Origin: Camelus ferus
Taxonomy: Eukaryota
Assembly: GCF_009834535.1 (NCBI RefSeq)
Contig: NC_045697.1
Span: 79,486,001 to 79,550,000 of the forward strand
Direction of reading: 5' to 3'
DNA: 64,000 nt
The position numbers were made by a program, and so were the translations under genes. The notes under the pieces are model-generated. The model worked only from the letters and a program-made list of their open reading frames with translations, made no database searches and was not told where the DNA came from. Of this stretch, positions 24,690 to 37,225 are shown piece after piece; within the stretch, counting starts at the first letter, position 1; every line of letters starts with the position of its first letter.

Positions 24690-25670
24690 CAACCACAAGC
24701 CGAATATAATAAGCATTGGTGAGGATGTGGAGAAATTGGAACCTGTGCACTGCTATTGGGAATGTAAAATGGTGCAGGTGCTATAGAAAACAGTATCGCA
24801 GCTTGTCAAAAAATTAAAACTAGAATTACCATATAATCCAGCAATCCTACTTCTAAGTTTAGAACCAAAAGAGTTGAAAGCAGGAACTTGAACAGATATT
24901 TTTACACCTATGTTCATAGAAGCATTATAGCCAAAAGGCGAAAGCATCCATTGATGGAATAATGGATAAACAAAATATGATCTATAAAGTTGTCCCTTGG
25001 TATCCACAGGGAATTGGTTCCAGGACCTCCCTGGATACCAAAATTGTAGGATGCTCGAGTCCCTTATAAAGTAGGGTAGTATTTGCATATAATCTAAGCA
25101 CATCTTTCTGTATACTTTAAATCATCTCTGGATTGCTTGTAATACCTAATACAATGTAGATGCTATGTAAGTGTGACAGATGCAAGTTTTGCTTTTTGGA
25201 CCTTTCTGGAATTTTTTTTTCGAGTATTTTCTGTGTGTGATTGGTTGAATCCATGGATGTTGAACCCACAGATATGGAAGGCTGACTGTACATACAATGA
25301 AATATTATTCAGTCTTAAAAAGGCAGGAAACTCTGATACGTGCTAGAATATGCATGAATCTTGAAGACAGTGAAATAAGCCAGCCATAAAAGGACAAATA
25401 CTGTCTGATTCCACTTTTATGAAGTATATAGTAGTCAGATTCATAGAGACAGGAAGCAGGATGGATGCTTGTTACCAGGGACTGTAGGGGTCGGGGGGTG
25501 GATGTTGTTGTTTATCGGATACAACGTTTCAGTTTGGGAAGATGAAAAGAATTCTGGAGATTGGTTGCACAACAATGTGAATGTATTTTCACACTACTGA
25601 ACTGTACACTAAAAGTTAGTTAAGATGGTAAATTGTATGTGTATTTTATCACAATTAAAAATATAAATAA
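24690..25670 (+). mobile_element. L1MB-like ORF2 end and 3' UTR, split by MER2
   Basis: ttggtgaggatgtggagaaattggaacc...gaattaccatataatccagcaatcc; the L1 phrase aaaatatgatctata|catacaatgaaatattattc rejoins across the MER2. Confidence 0.85.
24987..25288 (+). mobile_element. MER2-like (Tigger/TcMar) non-autonomous DNA transposon
   Basis: gtcccttggtatccacagggaattggttccaggacc...gatatggaaggctgactg, flanked by TA at 24985-24986 and 25289-25290. Confidence 0.85.
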
Positions 25671-26639
25671 AATGTCAGGTGGTGATAAGGACTATGGAAA
25701 AGATAAAACAAGATAAGTGTGGGAGGACGTGGGATGCGGTCAGACAAGACCTCCCTAATGAGTGATAGTTAAGCAGAGGTCTGAAGAATATGAAGGAGGG
25801 AACACACATTTGGGGGAGGAGCATTTTAGGCAGATGTTAAAGCAATGGGAATGGTCAGAGGTAGGACCAGTTTGGTCTGTTTTAGGAATAGGGAGATTGC
25901 CAATGTAGCTCAAGCAAAGTAAGTGAGGAGGAGAGTGGTGAAGGTGGACAGGTCATGTTTCAGGTTATGACACTGAGTATGTATAAATGCATCCTTGTAT
26001 GAATAAAATATGGGTATTATATTTCTTTGTAATTGTAGGCATAGTGTTGGTTTGTTTGAAAGCAGATGGCTATATTGACCTAAAGCATGTGTGTTCACTC
26101 TGTACCTCTATAGTTAACAGATGAACATTTGTATTGGCTCACACAGTGCCTAAACGCTATTCAGTATAAGTCTTCCTCACTACCCCACAACCACCCCTAC
26201 TCTACCCCATCCTGCTGTTCTACTAAAGGAGTATTTTCCCATGTTTTTTAAATTACAGATTTAATATTGTGTTTGTATCTTCAGATAAAGATATGGTCAG
26301 AAATTAAACTTATTTTAAGAATTCTGTTATTGCAAACATAAACTAAAAATGACAGAAATCAAAGTATAAGCCTTACTGATTTCAGTATCACGGGTGATTC
26401 ACTGGAATATATGCACTAAGATGAGTTTCCCCAGTGTTTATAAATATCCAGCTACAGCTTTCTGTGGACTTTATATACAAAATTTTATAATACATACATG
26501 GTTCAGTATATAGTAGCTATAGTATGTAGTATAGAGAGTTATTGTTAAAGTACTGTAAGTTAACCCAAATTTCTACATGGAACTGAAAAAGAGAAAAAAC
26601 CCAAAAGAAACCCTCTTCTAATTATGCCATAATGTGTGA

Positions 26640-26840
26640 CAGTGGAGCAAGCCTAAGGTTTAGCCTCAAAAGACCAGATTAAGTGTATGTTGTATTATTT
26701 ACTAGAGGTATGTCCTTTGGGAAGTTATGAATCCTGTCTGAGCCTCAGTTTCTTCACTTGAAAATAATATCCACCCAATATGGTTGCTGTAAGGATTCAT
26801 TGAGATATTGTAAGTAAAGCACTTGAGATACACAATAATT
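26640..26840 (+). mobile_element. MIR SINE
   Basis: tctgagcctcagtttcttcacttgaaaa...ggttgctgtaaggatt...gtaaagcactt. Confidence 0.7.
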
Positions 26841-27247
26841 GTTTTAAAATTATAAATCATGTATCATTGATAATGTCATTCAAATACGAATCATTCATGC
26901 TTTTACTTGGTTCTGCTCTATCTAGGAGGGGAATGAGGGTGGAAATCTGATTAGAAGGAGCAGAGACATCAGGGAAATCTGTCTGGAGCTGCACTGGCAT
27001 AGTAAACATACTGTTTTAGTTAGGTTATAGGTTTTTTGGGGGGCCTTCTGGGAAGTAGGACCCCCTGGGCACTACTATAAATTTAGTTATTCTGAAAATT
27101 ATAGTGTATTTGAATGATTCAAAATCAGAGGAAATACTGTCATATATTTTGTTAGTATATATAGTAACTAATATCTACATATTGTATGTGTGTGTATATT
27201 TATAAAATGCTTACCAAGTGCCAGACACTTTTGTAATACTTTATATG

Positions 27248-27421
27248 CAGTGGTGTGTCATGTACCAGCTTGAGAGAGCCAGTTGTTAAAACATCAGGTA
27301 TTCTGTGAGCTGATTGGCTTTATGTTGGTAGCTCAAAATTGGCCCTGGTAAGAAGTAGGCCATTTGCACAAAGCATCCTTATCCCCCAGGGTGATTGTTA
27401 AACATTTATCATCACATCACT
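27248..27421. mobile_element. MER63A-like hAT DNA transposon inserted in a MIR
   Basis: cagtggtgtg...gagagccagttgttaaa...gattgttaaacattt...cacatcacta degenerate termini; reverse-strand MIR on both sides (~27200-27620). Confidence 0.6.
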
Positions 27422-29689
27422 ATATCAAGAAATTTTAATTTCAAAATTACCCCATAAGAGGGATACCATTATCATTCTCATTTTAACAGATGAAGGAACG
27501 GAGGCTAAGGAAGTTACGGTCAGTGGCCCATGGACACTCAGATAATGGGTAGCAGAGTAGGGATTTTAATTGCAGCAGTCAGGCTCTGGAGTTCATGGTC
27601 TTAAACTTTTTGTATTGTTACTACTGATTACTCCCAAAGAAGTGTTCTCTCCTTGTAGTGTTTTCTGCAAAACAGCCTCACAATTTGAAGGTTGGAATGT
27701 CCTCTAAAAAATCACCTTTTTGGGTCTTCACCAGCACCAGACAATATGGTCTGCTCTGGATTGGAAAGAGCCTGGGTCTCTCTCTGCATCTACATAACAT
27801 TCACTGTTCTTCCTGAGGCTGATTCCTCACCAAAAAAGTAAAGAATTTGGATTTGATTACATCTAAAATGTCTTCGAGGCATAAAATTCTTATTTAACCA
27901 AAGCTTATCCATTCTGCCTCTTGGCCCTGATGTTTGGGGACTCGCATCTGCTCCACATGTATCCTATAGCTGTACCAATGATTAAGCATTTGAGTCCACT
28001 GATAATTTTTCTCTAGTTGTTTCATACATGTGCATATTTTTCAGATAAATTAGGTAGGTTTTATACTATGCAAGTTAGACTTTAAACTTTGTCATGGCAG
28101 AAACCCTGTTTCTTTGGTTCACTGGTGTAGACTCAGCATCTGGCTGAAATTAGATATTTGTTGAATGAATGAATGAAATTTTCTTCAATTCAGTCCAACA
28201 GTTCAACTTCAAATCCACAAAGATGAATACTTACAGATATAGGTATTAATAATGATACTTATAGATAATACTTACGGAATATATTGGAGGTGGAAAGAAA
28301 TAGGAAAACTGGACACAGATCAGTTTTATGATGTGATGTAATGTGTCTATGTAACATACATATTTTGCATCTGTATACACAAAATATGAAAGAAAATGTG
28401 AGAAACTAGTAAGATTGCTTTCCTTTAGGGGTGAAGAGTGTGAGTTCAGTTGTAAGCCTACTCATAGTCTCTTCACAAGAGAAGATGCCATATCTTCTAC
28501 TTTCACGGGGAGGGAACAAACAAATTGGATCATTGATGGGACTTGACAAATTATATAAAACATTCTCCTTAGCGTAATAAGTGATCGGAGCATTCCTGCT
28601 GTTCTCCTTTCTAGTTAAGTTCAGAGCCAAAATGCCCCACAGGGATGGCTTAGTGCCTTCTGTCTTCTGTGTTCAGAGTCATTAATCGTCAAGAACTATT
28701 TACTGAGAAACTATGCTGGGAAGAACCCGGTTAGGGGTATGTAAAGTCAATGAAAGACAAGTTACCTGCCACCATGTAGCCGTAATCCCCACTTTGCTTG
28801 GTGATACACAGATGTAGAGCAATCTGAGAAGGCTTTGAGGGAATCTGACTGAAAGAATGTTCCCTCATTTTATCAAAGAGGATCCCCATCATTTTCCCTT
28901 CAGGACCTCAAGAAATACTTCTTTCATTTTCCAGTGTCATTCACTATAATGGGAATTTATTTCATTAAATGTTTTTCCATTAGAAAAGGTGTTCATGCTT
29001 ATTTTTGAAACAGAAATAAAAAGAAACAGGGAAAAAAGAAAAAAAAAGTCTTCCATTGTTTTACCACCCAAAATATAACCACCATTATTGTGAGACATTT
29101 GTTTCCATTTTCACTTTGTACAGTACTTTGTTGGTTTGTGTAGGAAGAAATCTGGGCATTTTGCCCAGTTTGGCTTAATTTTTGTTTATTTGTGAAGTGT
29201 CTTAGATTGCATTACACTTATTAAATCATTACTGTTATTAGCTGTTACTAATGATATATGATAATATGTTCTTATCAATCTAGGATTGAAGCAATAAAAA
29301 GTTCCTCCCCTAAGGCAATCTCAAGTTATGAAATGCTGCACAGCGGCAGTATAACTCTAACTGCAATGAAGTTAAAATTCCCAGGATTGTGGTTCTTTAA
29401 GCATTTTTCTCTGTGCTCATTGTTTAGTGCAAAATCAGAATGGTTCTCTTCCGGTCCCCAATACACTGTGGCCTTTTCTGCTTCCCCAGTTTTTCTCATC
29501 TCTTCAATTTTTCCTATCTCTACCTCTCAGGACTCAAGTCATCTTCAAAGACTCCCACCAATTTTACTTTCCACAAAAAGGTTCTCCTCATCACAGTAAC
29601 ATTCACACTAAACAAACGGATCTCTCATTCCCCGAACCACTGCACTGCTCACTATCTATACAATTCTGGTGGTATTTATATTCTATTTT

Positions 29690-29985
29690 CTTTCTTTTTT
29701 ATTGTGGTAAAAAACTCAACAACATAAAATTGACTACTTTAACCATTTCTAAGTTCACAGATCAGTAATATTGTGTTCATATTGTTGTGCAACCAATCTC
29801 CAGAACTTTTCAACTTGCAAAACTGAAATTCTATTCCCATTAAACACCAGCTCCATATTTCCACCTCTTCTCCAGCCCCTGGTAACTACCAGTCTGCTTT
29901 CTGTTTCTATGAATTTGCTTACTCTAGATACCTCATGTAAGTGGAATCATACAGTATTTGTCTTTTTGTGACTGTCATTTCATTT
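29690..29985 (-). mobile_element. L1MB-like 3' end
   Basis: cattgttgtgcaaccaatctccagaac-like and ctagatacctcatgtaagtggaatcatacagtatttgtc motifs. Confidence 0.85.
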
Positions 29986-30984
29986 ATTGTATTTTACTTG
30001 ATTGCAATTATTCACATATATATCTTTTCTTTCCTACCAGATTTAAAGCTACCAGAAGAATATTGTCACATACATATTCTTTTTTTAATATACATTTTCT
30101 GATCATTCGTGTTGAATAGCACAGAAAATTTTTCATTAAATATGTTCAATAAACTCGTGTTAAATGAATAAAACTAGACTTTTAAATTTGACCCATACAT
30201 AGAATTGCTTTAGCCACATGCCGCGCATACTGGTGGGGACCATGAGGCTACTTATGGAACATTTCTTACTCTCAGGTTTAAAAAATTTTTTTTCTCAACA
30301 AGTTTTAACTCTGCTGGCAGATTTAATGTAGATAATTTGTCTGGGAATCATTGGTACTAAGGGTCCCCTTAATAATCCTTTTTCTTTTAGGTTTCAGACT
30401 GGAAATATACCCCATGTATTATGAGTACCTTTCATTTATCATAATATTTTATAGTCCTTTACCTAATTTAATAATTTAGGCAGCCAAATTACCTAATTTA
30501 CCTAACTTAATGACATAGCTGCTAAATTCATCTTAAATAAATAAAAAATAGAACCATGGAATTTAAAAAACAAAATTCTCTGATTTTACATGTGAAGAAA
30601 TTGAGTCCAGAGAGTTGGGTGTACAGAAGTATGTGACAGATCATTGTCATTTCCCCTGTGTGGTGGTAGATTTCAGGCATCTACCAGTTGGGGAAGAAAT
30701 TTTTGGTCAGACAGGTTTTCTTTGCAATCACATCATTTCCATAGGTGCTGAATGTTGGCAAGGGTGACTCTCTTTCTCCAAACCCTTTTTAGAGGCAAAA
30801 TATTGCTGATTGTCCCACTCTATCAGTAGTTCTGGAGGAACTCTTCTGAAACTGGAGAGAAAGAGGAGAGATTGGCATGACAGATTTCTGTCTTCCTACT
30901 TTAAGAAGCACAATTAAATGGTTCTGATGATTGGATGTCAGTGGTGATGGTGTTGGTGGTTCTTTTCTGAAAGTCACCATGGTG

Positions 30985-31120
30985 TTTTTAAGATCTTGGG
31001 CTCTGAAGATACATTGTCTGGGTTAAATCCTGGTACTGAATCTTGCTTGCTGCGTGACCTTAGACTGGTTACTTCATCTCTCTAACCCTCAGTTTCCTCA
31101 TCTGTAAGTTGGGGATAGTA
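30985..31120 (+). mobile_element. MIR SINE
   Basis: gtgacctt...cctcagtttcctcatctgtaagttggggata core. Confidence 0.8.
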
Positions 31121-31341
31121 AGTGATATGTACATGTAGGTGCAGACACTTTAGACACTTCATAACACTTGATTTAATGACACATCAGACTATTATATGTC
31201 CAGAAAATATACAAGTTCTTTCTGTAAATTTGCTGCTTTTCGTTGAAGCAAATCTTTGTGTATGCTTGTGTATATATATATCTATTGGGTTTGTTATTTA
31301 TTGGGTATTATTTGTATGGAATTTAATATCAATCAACCATC

Positions 31342-31872
31342 TATCTCAGTTATCAATTCCTGCATAATAAGCCAATTCAATATTTAGTAGCCTAAAACCA
31401 CAGCAGTCGTTTATTTGTTCGTGATTCTGCCGTTTGGCCCATGTCTCTGCTCCATGTGGCATCAACTGGGAACACTTGACTGGCGTTGGATGATCCACTT
31501 CTGAGATGGCCCATTCACATGCCTGAGGAGTTGGCGCTGGCTGGGGGAGAGATTCAGTTCTTGCTCAGCGGAGTCCTCAGTTCTTGCGTTGGCTGGGTTC
31601 TCAGTGCTCTTCCATGTGGTCTCAGCATATGGATAACTTAGGCTTCCTCCTAGCTTGGTGGTCTCAAGGCAGTTGGACTGTGTATATGGAGATGAGCTTC
31701 CAGCTGTGCAAAAAGGGGAAGCTTCTAAACTTTCTTAAGGCTTAAGCCTGGTTACTGGCAGAGTATCTTCCACTGTATTTAATTGGTTAAAGTGGGTCAG
31801 GAGAGGGGACTGCATGAGGATGTAAATTGCAGGTGTGGTCCACAGAGGCCACTAATGTGACAGACTGCCACA
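31342..31872. mobile_element. MaLR solo LTR (MLT1G/H-like)
   Basis: tctctgctccatgtggcatcaactggg, gatccacttctgagatggcccattcacatgcctg; ends gactgccaca. Confidence 0.7.
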
Positions 31873-32569
31873 CCTTTCACCTAATAGAAGTATTTGACTA
31901 CCCTTGGTGTATAAGAATATATTCGTTTATTGTTTCCACAGTTATTTACTGAGCATCTGTCCTGTGCCACGGTTTGAGGTAGGCACCAGGATACACAGTA
32001 GAACAAAATGTACAAGATCCTTGCCTTGACAGAACATACATCAGGCAATGAAGCAAGTGATCTCATTACCTGGTGATTCCATGGGTGCTCTGAGGATGGT
32101 AAGAGCTGTATGCTGGCAGCATTCAGCAGGGGTCTTAACCTAGTCTGCGGGTTCAGGAAAATTCTGAATTGTGAGGTAAAGATAATGCATTCCGTAGGAG
32201 TTCGATGAAAGGAGGGAAACAGAGTTAAAGTAGGCAAAGAAAAGTCTGTTTTGTCTGGAAATTAAATGATGCGGAACACTTAGAATGGTAAGGTGTAGGG
32301 AGGGAAGCATCCCAGATAAAAAAAACCCAGTGCTGAGCCTGGAAGCAAGTGTGTGTGTGAAAGAGCTGAGTGGCTCCTTTCTACAGCAGGAGCGCGCGGT
32401 TGTGCTGCTTCTTTACTGCTCTCTCGCTTAGAGCCAGGGGCCTGTGCTACAAAACAGCAGCAGGGAGGAGTGCACTTGGTACTCATGAATCGGGGGTTTA
32501 ACCCTTCGACCTTGAGGTTATCAGCAAAATTCCCAAGTGATTCCAGAGAGGGAGAGGCAAATGTGTGTG

Positions 32570-32655
32570 GGCTATGTATATATGAATCACTTTGCTGTAT
32601 ACCTGAAACTAACACAGTATCGTAAATCAACTATACTTCAATAAATACATAAATA
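32570..32655 (+). mobile_element. Short L1 3' terminus
   Basis: gaatcactttgctgtatacctgaaactaacacagtatcgtaaatcaactatacttcaataaa. Confidence 0.8.
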
Positions 32656-33344
32656 ATGTGCACAGGAAGGAAGCTTTTAAAAACTATCTCTGCCCAAGCC
32701 CCCCTTATGCCAAATTACCAAATTCCTGACGTCCCCTTGGGAGCAGGGGAGCAATTTCCTCCGACATCCCCTCCAGTCACTCTTTCTGATAAACCTGTTT
32801 CGTTGCCTTCTCTTTTGTCAGCAGAGGAGAATATTAGAGAACTACTGATTTAACTCAAGCACACTAAGACATTTCCAGAAAAGTATTTCTTAATGATATC
32901 ATTATCATCGTTGAATATAACCATTGTACAATTTCCTATTGAAGGTAGGAGTTCTTATCCATTAGAATAGAATAGAGGCCAGTTGAATCAGGCATCGTCA
33001 CCTGTGTAATGAGGCAGTTGGATTAGATCCTGTAGTTTAGGTTTCATACTGTGCATCTGCTTTAGGAATGGAAAACAGGTGGTTCGGGTTTTATTTCTCA
33101 AATATATTTGTTTTATTTTTAAACATTGGAAAAAACATACATTGAAATATGTTACAAATAAAAAATACAATAACAGGATATCAGAATTTGAGTTAAATTA
33201 AAATCTCCATTTACTTCAATCCTGCACCTCACAGTTAAATTTGGCAACAGTGGTTCCTGATTTCCCTTTAGATTCATAATCCTGAACCTCCAGGTGCTTT
33301 TCATGCTGTTCAGAAATGTCACTGCACTTCCCTCATCCCACATA

Positions 33345-33527
33345 CTCAGATTTCAGTGCATCTCACCATCACCTGGGGGCCTTCTTAGCACCAGACATCC
33401 AGGAGCACTTCACCTCCACAGTTTCTGATCCAGTAAGGCTGGTGGGCCTTGAGATTTGTAATTTCTCATAAATTCCCAGGTGATACTAGTGATGCTGGTC
33501 TAGGCACCATACTTTGTAAACTAGTGT
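33345..33527. mobile_element. MER5A-like hAT-Charlie element
   Basis: atcacctggggg...gtttctgatccagta...ttcccaggtgatact...gatgctggtc...catactttg. Confidence 0.65.
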
Positions 33528-34941
33528 CTTAGACCATTCACCCTCTCACTCTATTTTATAATTTCATTTCTCTACTCTCTTAAACTTCTAACATCTCCTC
33601 CTTCACCCTCACTGTCTGCCGATGACCTTGCTTCTGTACTCACTGAGAAAACTGAAGCCATCGGAAGAGAACTTCCACAGGCTCCCATCAGCACCAGCAT
33701 GCTCTGTCCACCAAGTAGAGCTAAATATATAATCAGCTCCGAGTTATCAGATTAAATCTTATTAAGTGTCTTTGCAAAAAAAAAATATATATATAGATTT
33801 GAATTTATATAAATTCCTATTTATAGGAATTTAATCCACATTTATCCTAATAAAACACAGCTCATATCACTTATATAAAGTGATATATATATAATTGGGT
33901 TGCTGTGTAATTGTTCATATGAGTTATACTGCTAAAAACAAAATTGAAAAACTACTGGAGTTTATGACCTTTAAGATCTCTTGCAGCTGAATCATTTTCA
34001 GACTTCATGTAACATGGAATAATGAAACAGGAATTAAAATGAGAGAGAATATAATCCTCAAGAAGGGAAGGGAGGTGTTTCACGTCCATTGAAAAATTTG
34101 AAGAAAAACTGCAAAAATTATCCTGTTGGACAGAAAGTCACGGTCATGATGAAGAACTCTGTGTAGAGTTGCTTATTAGAACTTGCTTATTAGTATCCAC
34201 ATTAAAAGATATTATGTAGGTGAATGACATCATCTGAATTACTTTTTAAAAAATTCACTCACTACTGTGGGGAGATTAGAATGGAATGGGGACAAGAGTG
34301 CTAGCAAGACTGGTTAAGATAGTATAAGTAATCCATGGAAGAGATAATGTGACTGGGAGTAGGGTACTAGCAGTGGACATAGAGAAAGTGGATGGTATTG
34401 AGTGTATTTAGGAGACAGAGTTGCAGACTTCCTGATGAACTGGCCATGGTGGGTGAGGGAAAGCAAGGAAACAACAAGATGCAAGGTTTGTGATTAATGA
34501 TAGTTTGAATAATTTTATTTTTCCTCAACACTTTCTGTATTTCCCAAGTTATCTTGCATTGATAATGTTAAAAATAATAAACAGAGTCTAAACCATTTAA
34601 AAAGAATGGTAGGCACAGGGTGAAAGTAACTTCTGAAATACCTGAATGCTTTGTACAATCAAAACAAAAGTATGGTAATGAAATAAAATTTAAGATTTAC
34701 CTTTTATGAGGATATATATAAACTTTTTTTCTTCAAGTATAAATTCCACAAGGATAGGGATTTTGTTTAATTTTTCACTTTTCATTTTCCCTGAAACCTA
34801 ATTGGAGCTAAATAAATATTGGTAAATTATATTTTTATATATATGTATATATATATATTTCATCCATACATATTATATATATACATATAATATATAATCT
34901 TACATAAACTTTTTAAGTTTGTATCTAAAATATTTTGATGT

Positions 34942-35069
34942 GGGGAGGGTATAGCTCAGTGGTAGAGTGCCAGCTTAGCATGTGTGAGGTCCTGGGTTCA
35001 ACCCCCAGTACCTCCATTAAAAAAATAAATAAATAAACCTAATTACCCCCCCAAAATTAAAAAAACAAA
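34942..35069 (+). mobile_element. vic-1-like SINE
   Basis: ggggagggtatagctcagtggtagag...ggttcaacccccagtacctcca, (aaat)n, cctaattac(C)n, A tail. Confidence 0.9.
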
Positions 35070-35599
35070 CTATTTTGTTTATAGTAAACAATTTTGAGCT
35101 ATTTATTGACTGATAGATACTTGAGGAGGACAGCCTTCAAGTCCATCAGTATGACCGTGTGTTATTAGATTTTCTTCAGAAAGATGTAGAAAATTCGACA
35201 TACTCCCCAGTTGATAGGATCACTGTTAATCCTAGAACGTTCTTTCTAGCTCTAAGAAAGCCCAGGTAAATGTCAGGTTACTTTTTTCAGTTAGTGGTTT
35301 CTCTGCTTACTTCCTTCCATGAGGCTAACAGTTTGTCCTGAATTAGAAACCTGATCTACTTCAGATGCCAGTGCATAATTAGCATAAAGGCTCCTGTGGG
35401 GCCAGGAAGCACCAACATGCTTTCTTTTGGATTTATCAGGAAAGCATGGTTGTAGTTTCAGGGTTGGGAGAAGAGCTGTGAGATACAAACATTTTGATAC
35501 TGAAACACTAGATTAAAATTTAATCCTTGTCAGTTTTCCCCCCAGGTAGGATGATCAGGTAACATCTCTTACCTCTCCCTTTGCTCTTTTGCTCTCCTT

Positions 35600-36125
35600 A
35601 CTCTATCTCTTGCTAGCCTGTCTCCAGTGTCCCCTATTTTGTCCTTTACTTTGCTGCCAGTGATACCTTTCTAAAACTCAAATTTGAGCCTGTTATTTCC
35701 TTGCCTGAAACTCTTCAATGATTCTTTATTGCCTTTGCGATAAAGTCCAGATTCTTAATAAGGCCTCTGAGATCCTCTGTGCCTTCTGAGCAGGGCCCCA
35801 GGTCTCTGAAGGCACCATGCAAATTTTGCTTCTCTTACAAATTCCTTTGTTTGAATTCCAAGCTTTCCCCCTCCCTGTCACCCAGGGAGTCTGCTTCTCT
35901 CTCCAGACTCATCTTAAGAGTCACCCCTCTACAGGAGCCTTTTCTGAGTCTCCCACAATGAATTGATCAGTCCTTCTTAGTGCTCCGCCTCCACCTTTAC
36001 AAGCTTTCATTGTCTCTAACAGTTTAATGCACTTCTTTGTTTTACTATCTCTAACATCCTTGAGGGCAGGGACTATGCCTTTTTCATTTTCTCCCTAGTG
36101 TCTAGCATGGTACATGGTACAGAGA

Positions 36126-36202
<77 letters not shown>

Positions 36203-36240
36203 TAAGATATATGTTATATGAATTGTTAAATAAATGGTAA
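35600..36240 (+). mobile_element. L2 3' region
   Basis: gatacctttctaaaactcaaat, ccttgagggcagggactatgcc, ccctagtgtctagcatggt motifs. Confidence 0.7.
36132..36200. repeat. Pure (TA)n microsatellite, ~34 units
   Basis: Uninterrupted TA run of ~69 bp. Confidence 0.97.
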
Positions 36241-37179
36241 TGTTTTTCTTGAAAAAAACCCTTAAGAAATAAAAATCTTGCTTGCAAACTGGTTTTTCTG
36301 GCTAGGCTATTTTATTTTCCAAATTCTCGCCACCAATCTGCTCCTTTTAAGTGTGGTTAGCTGTCAGAATTTGTAGTCCAGGTTCTGATGAAGGGTGGTG
36401 GGGGTGGGGGGGGGAGGAAAAGCAGAAATAAATGGCTATTACCAAAGGGCAAAAGCATTATTCTCTGAAGGATCATTATCACATATGACAACCATTCTCT
36501 TCCTAGCAACAGCCATTTATAATGTGCTTCTGTATACAGAGATCCAGCTTTGCCTTTCTGACCTCGGCATAAACACCCAGGAGAAAGAGATGAGCATAAC
36601 TCCCTTTCATTCAGTGATCTAACTGCTCCCACTGAGCTTTTCCCTCATCCGCAGGCTTTCCTCTCTTCAACAGCACTGTCCAATAAGGCCTCTTCTTTCC
36701 AATGAGTTTGGCACCCCTTCCTTTTTCCTTACTCGGTCATCTTGACCAGGCAAGCCTGCCCTGTCTATGCTCTCTTAGGGCTGGAACTGGGAGGTGTGGG
36801 TGGCAGAGCTGTTAGGCTGTCCCCCACCACAGCTGGCTCTCTCAGGCTAGGGTCTGTAGAGTTATCTAGTATAAGCACCCATTGTCAGATTTTGTTCTGG
36901 GTGTAATTTTATAATCATGAATTTATTTTTTGTTCTCTATTCCATTTGGATTTATTATACTTCTTGTGAAATGGCTAGTTTGTAAATGTTCAAAATTGCC
37001 TTTGGATTCAAAACACTTCTCAAAGCACTTTCCTTATACTTACTTGAATAGGTTACTGCTTAGAGCAGACAATAAACACTTAAATAAAGTGTGATAAATA
37101 CCACACAAACTTAGGAAAGGCTCCATAGAGGGGATGAAGTCCACATGTTAGCACTGTGTCCTCATTAAACTTTTCACTG

Positions 37180-37181
<2 letters not shown>

Positions 37182-37223
<42 letters not shown>
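37182..37223. repeat. (GT)21 microsatellite
   Basis: Uninterrupted GT run of 42 bp. Confidence 0.97.

Positions 37224-37225
<2 letters not shown>

Larger units (their letters stand above)
24520..25960 (-). mobile_element. L2 remnant hosting a nested L1MB and MER2
   Basis: L2 3' end ttcattcaacagatatttttgaatgcc at ~24523; L2-like sequence resumes at ~25670. Confidence 0.65.
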
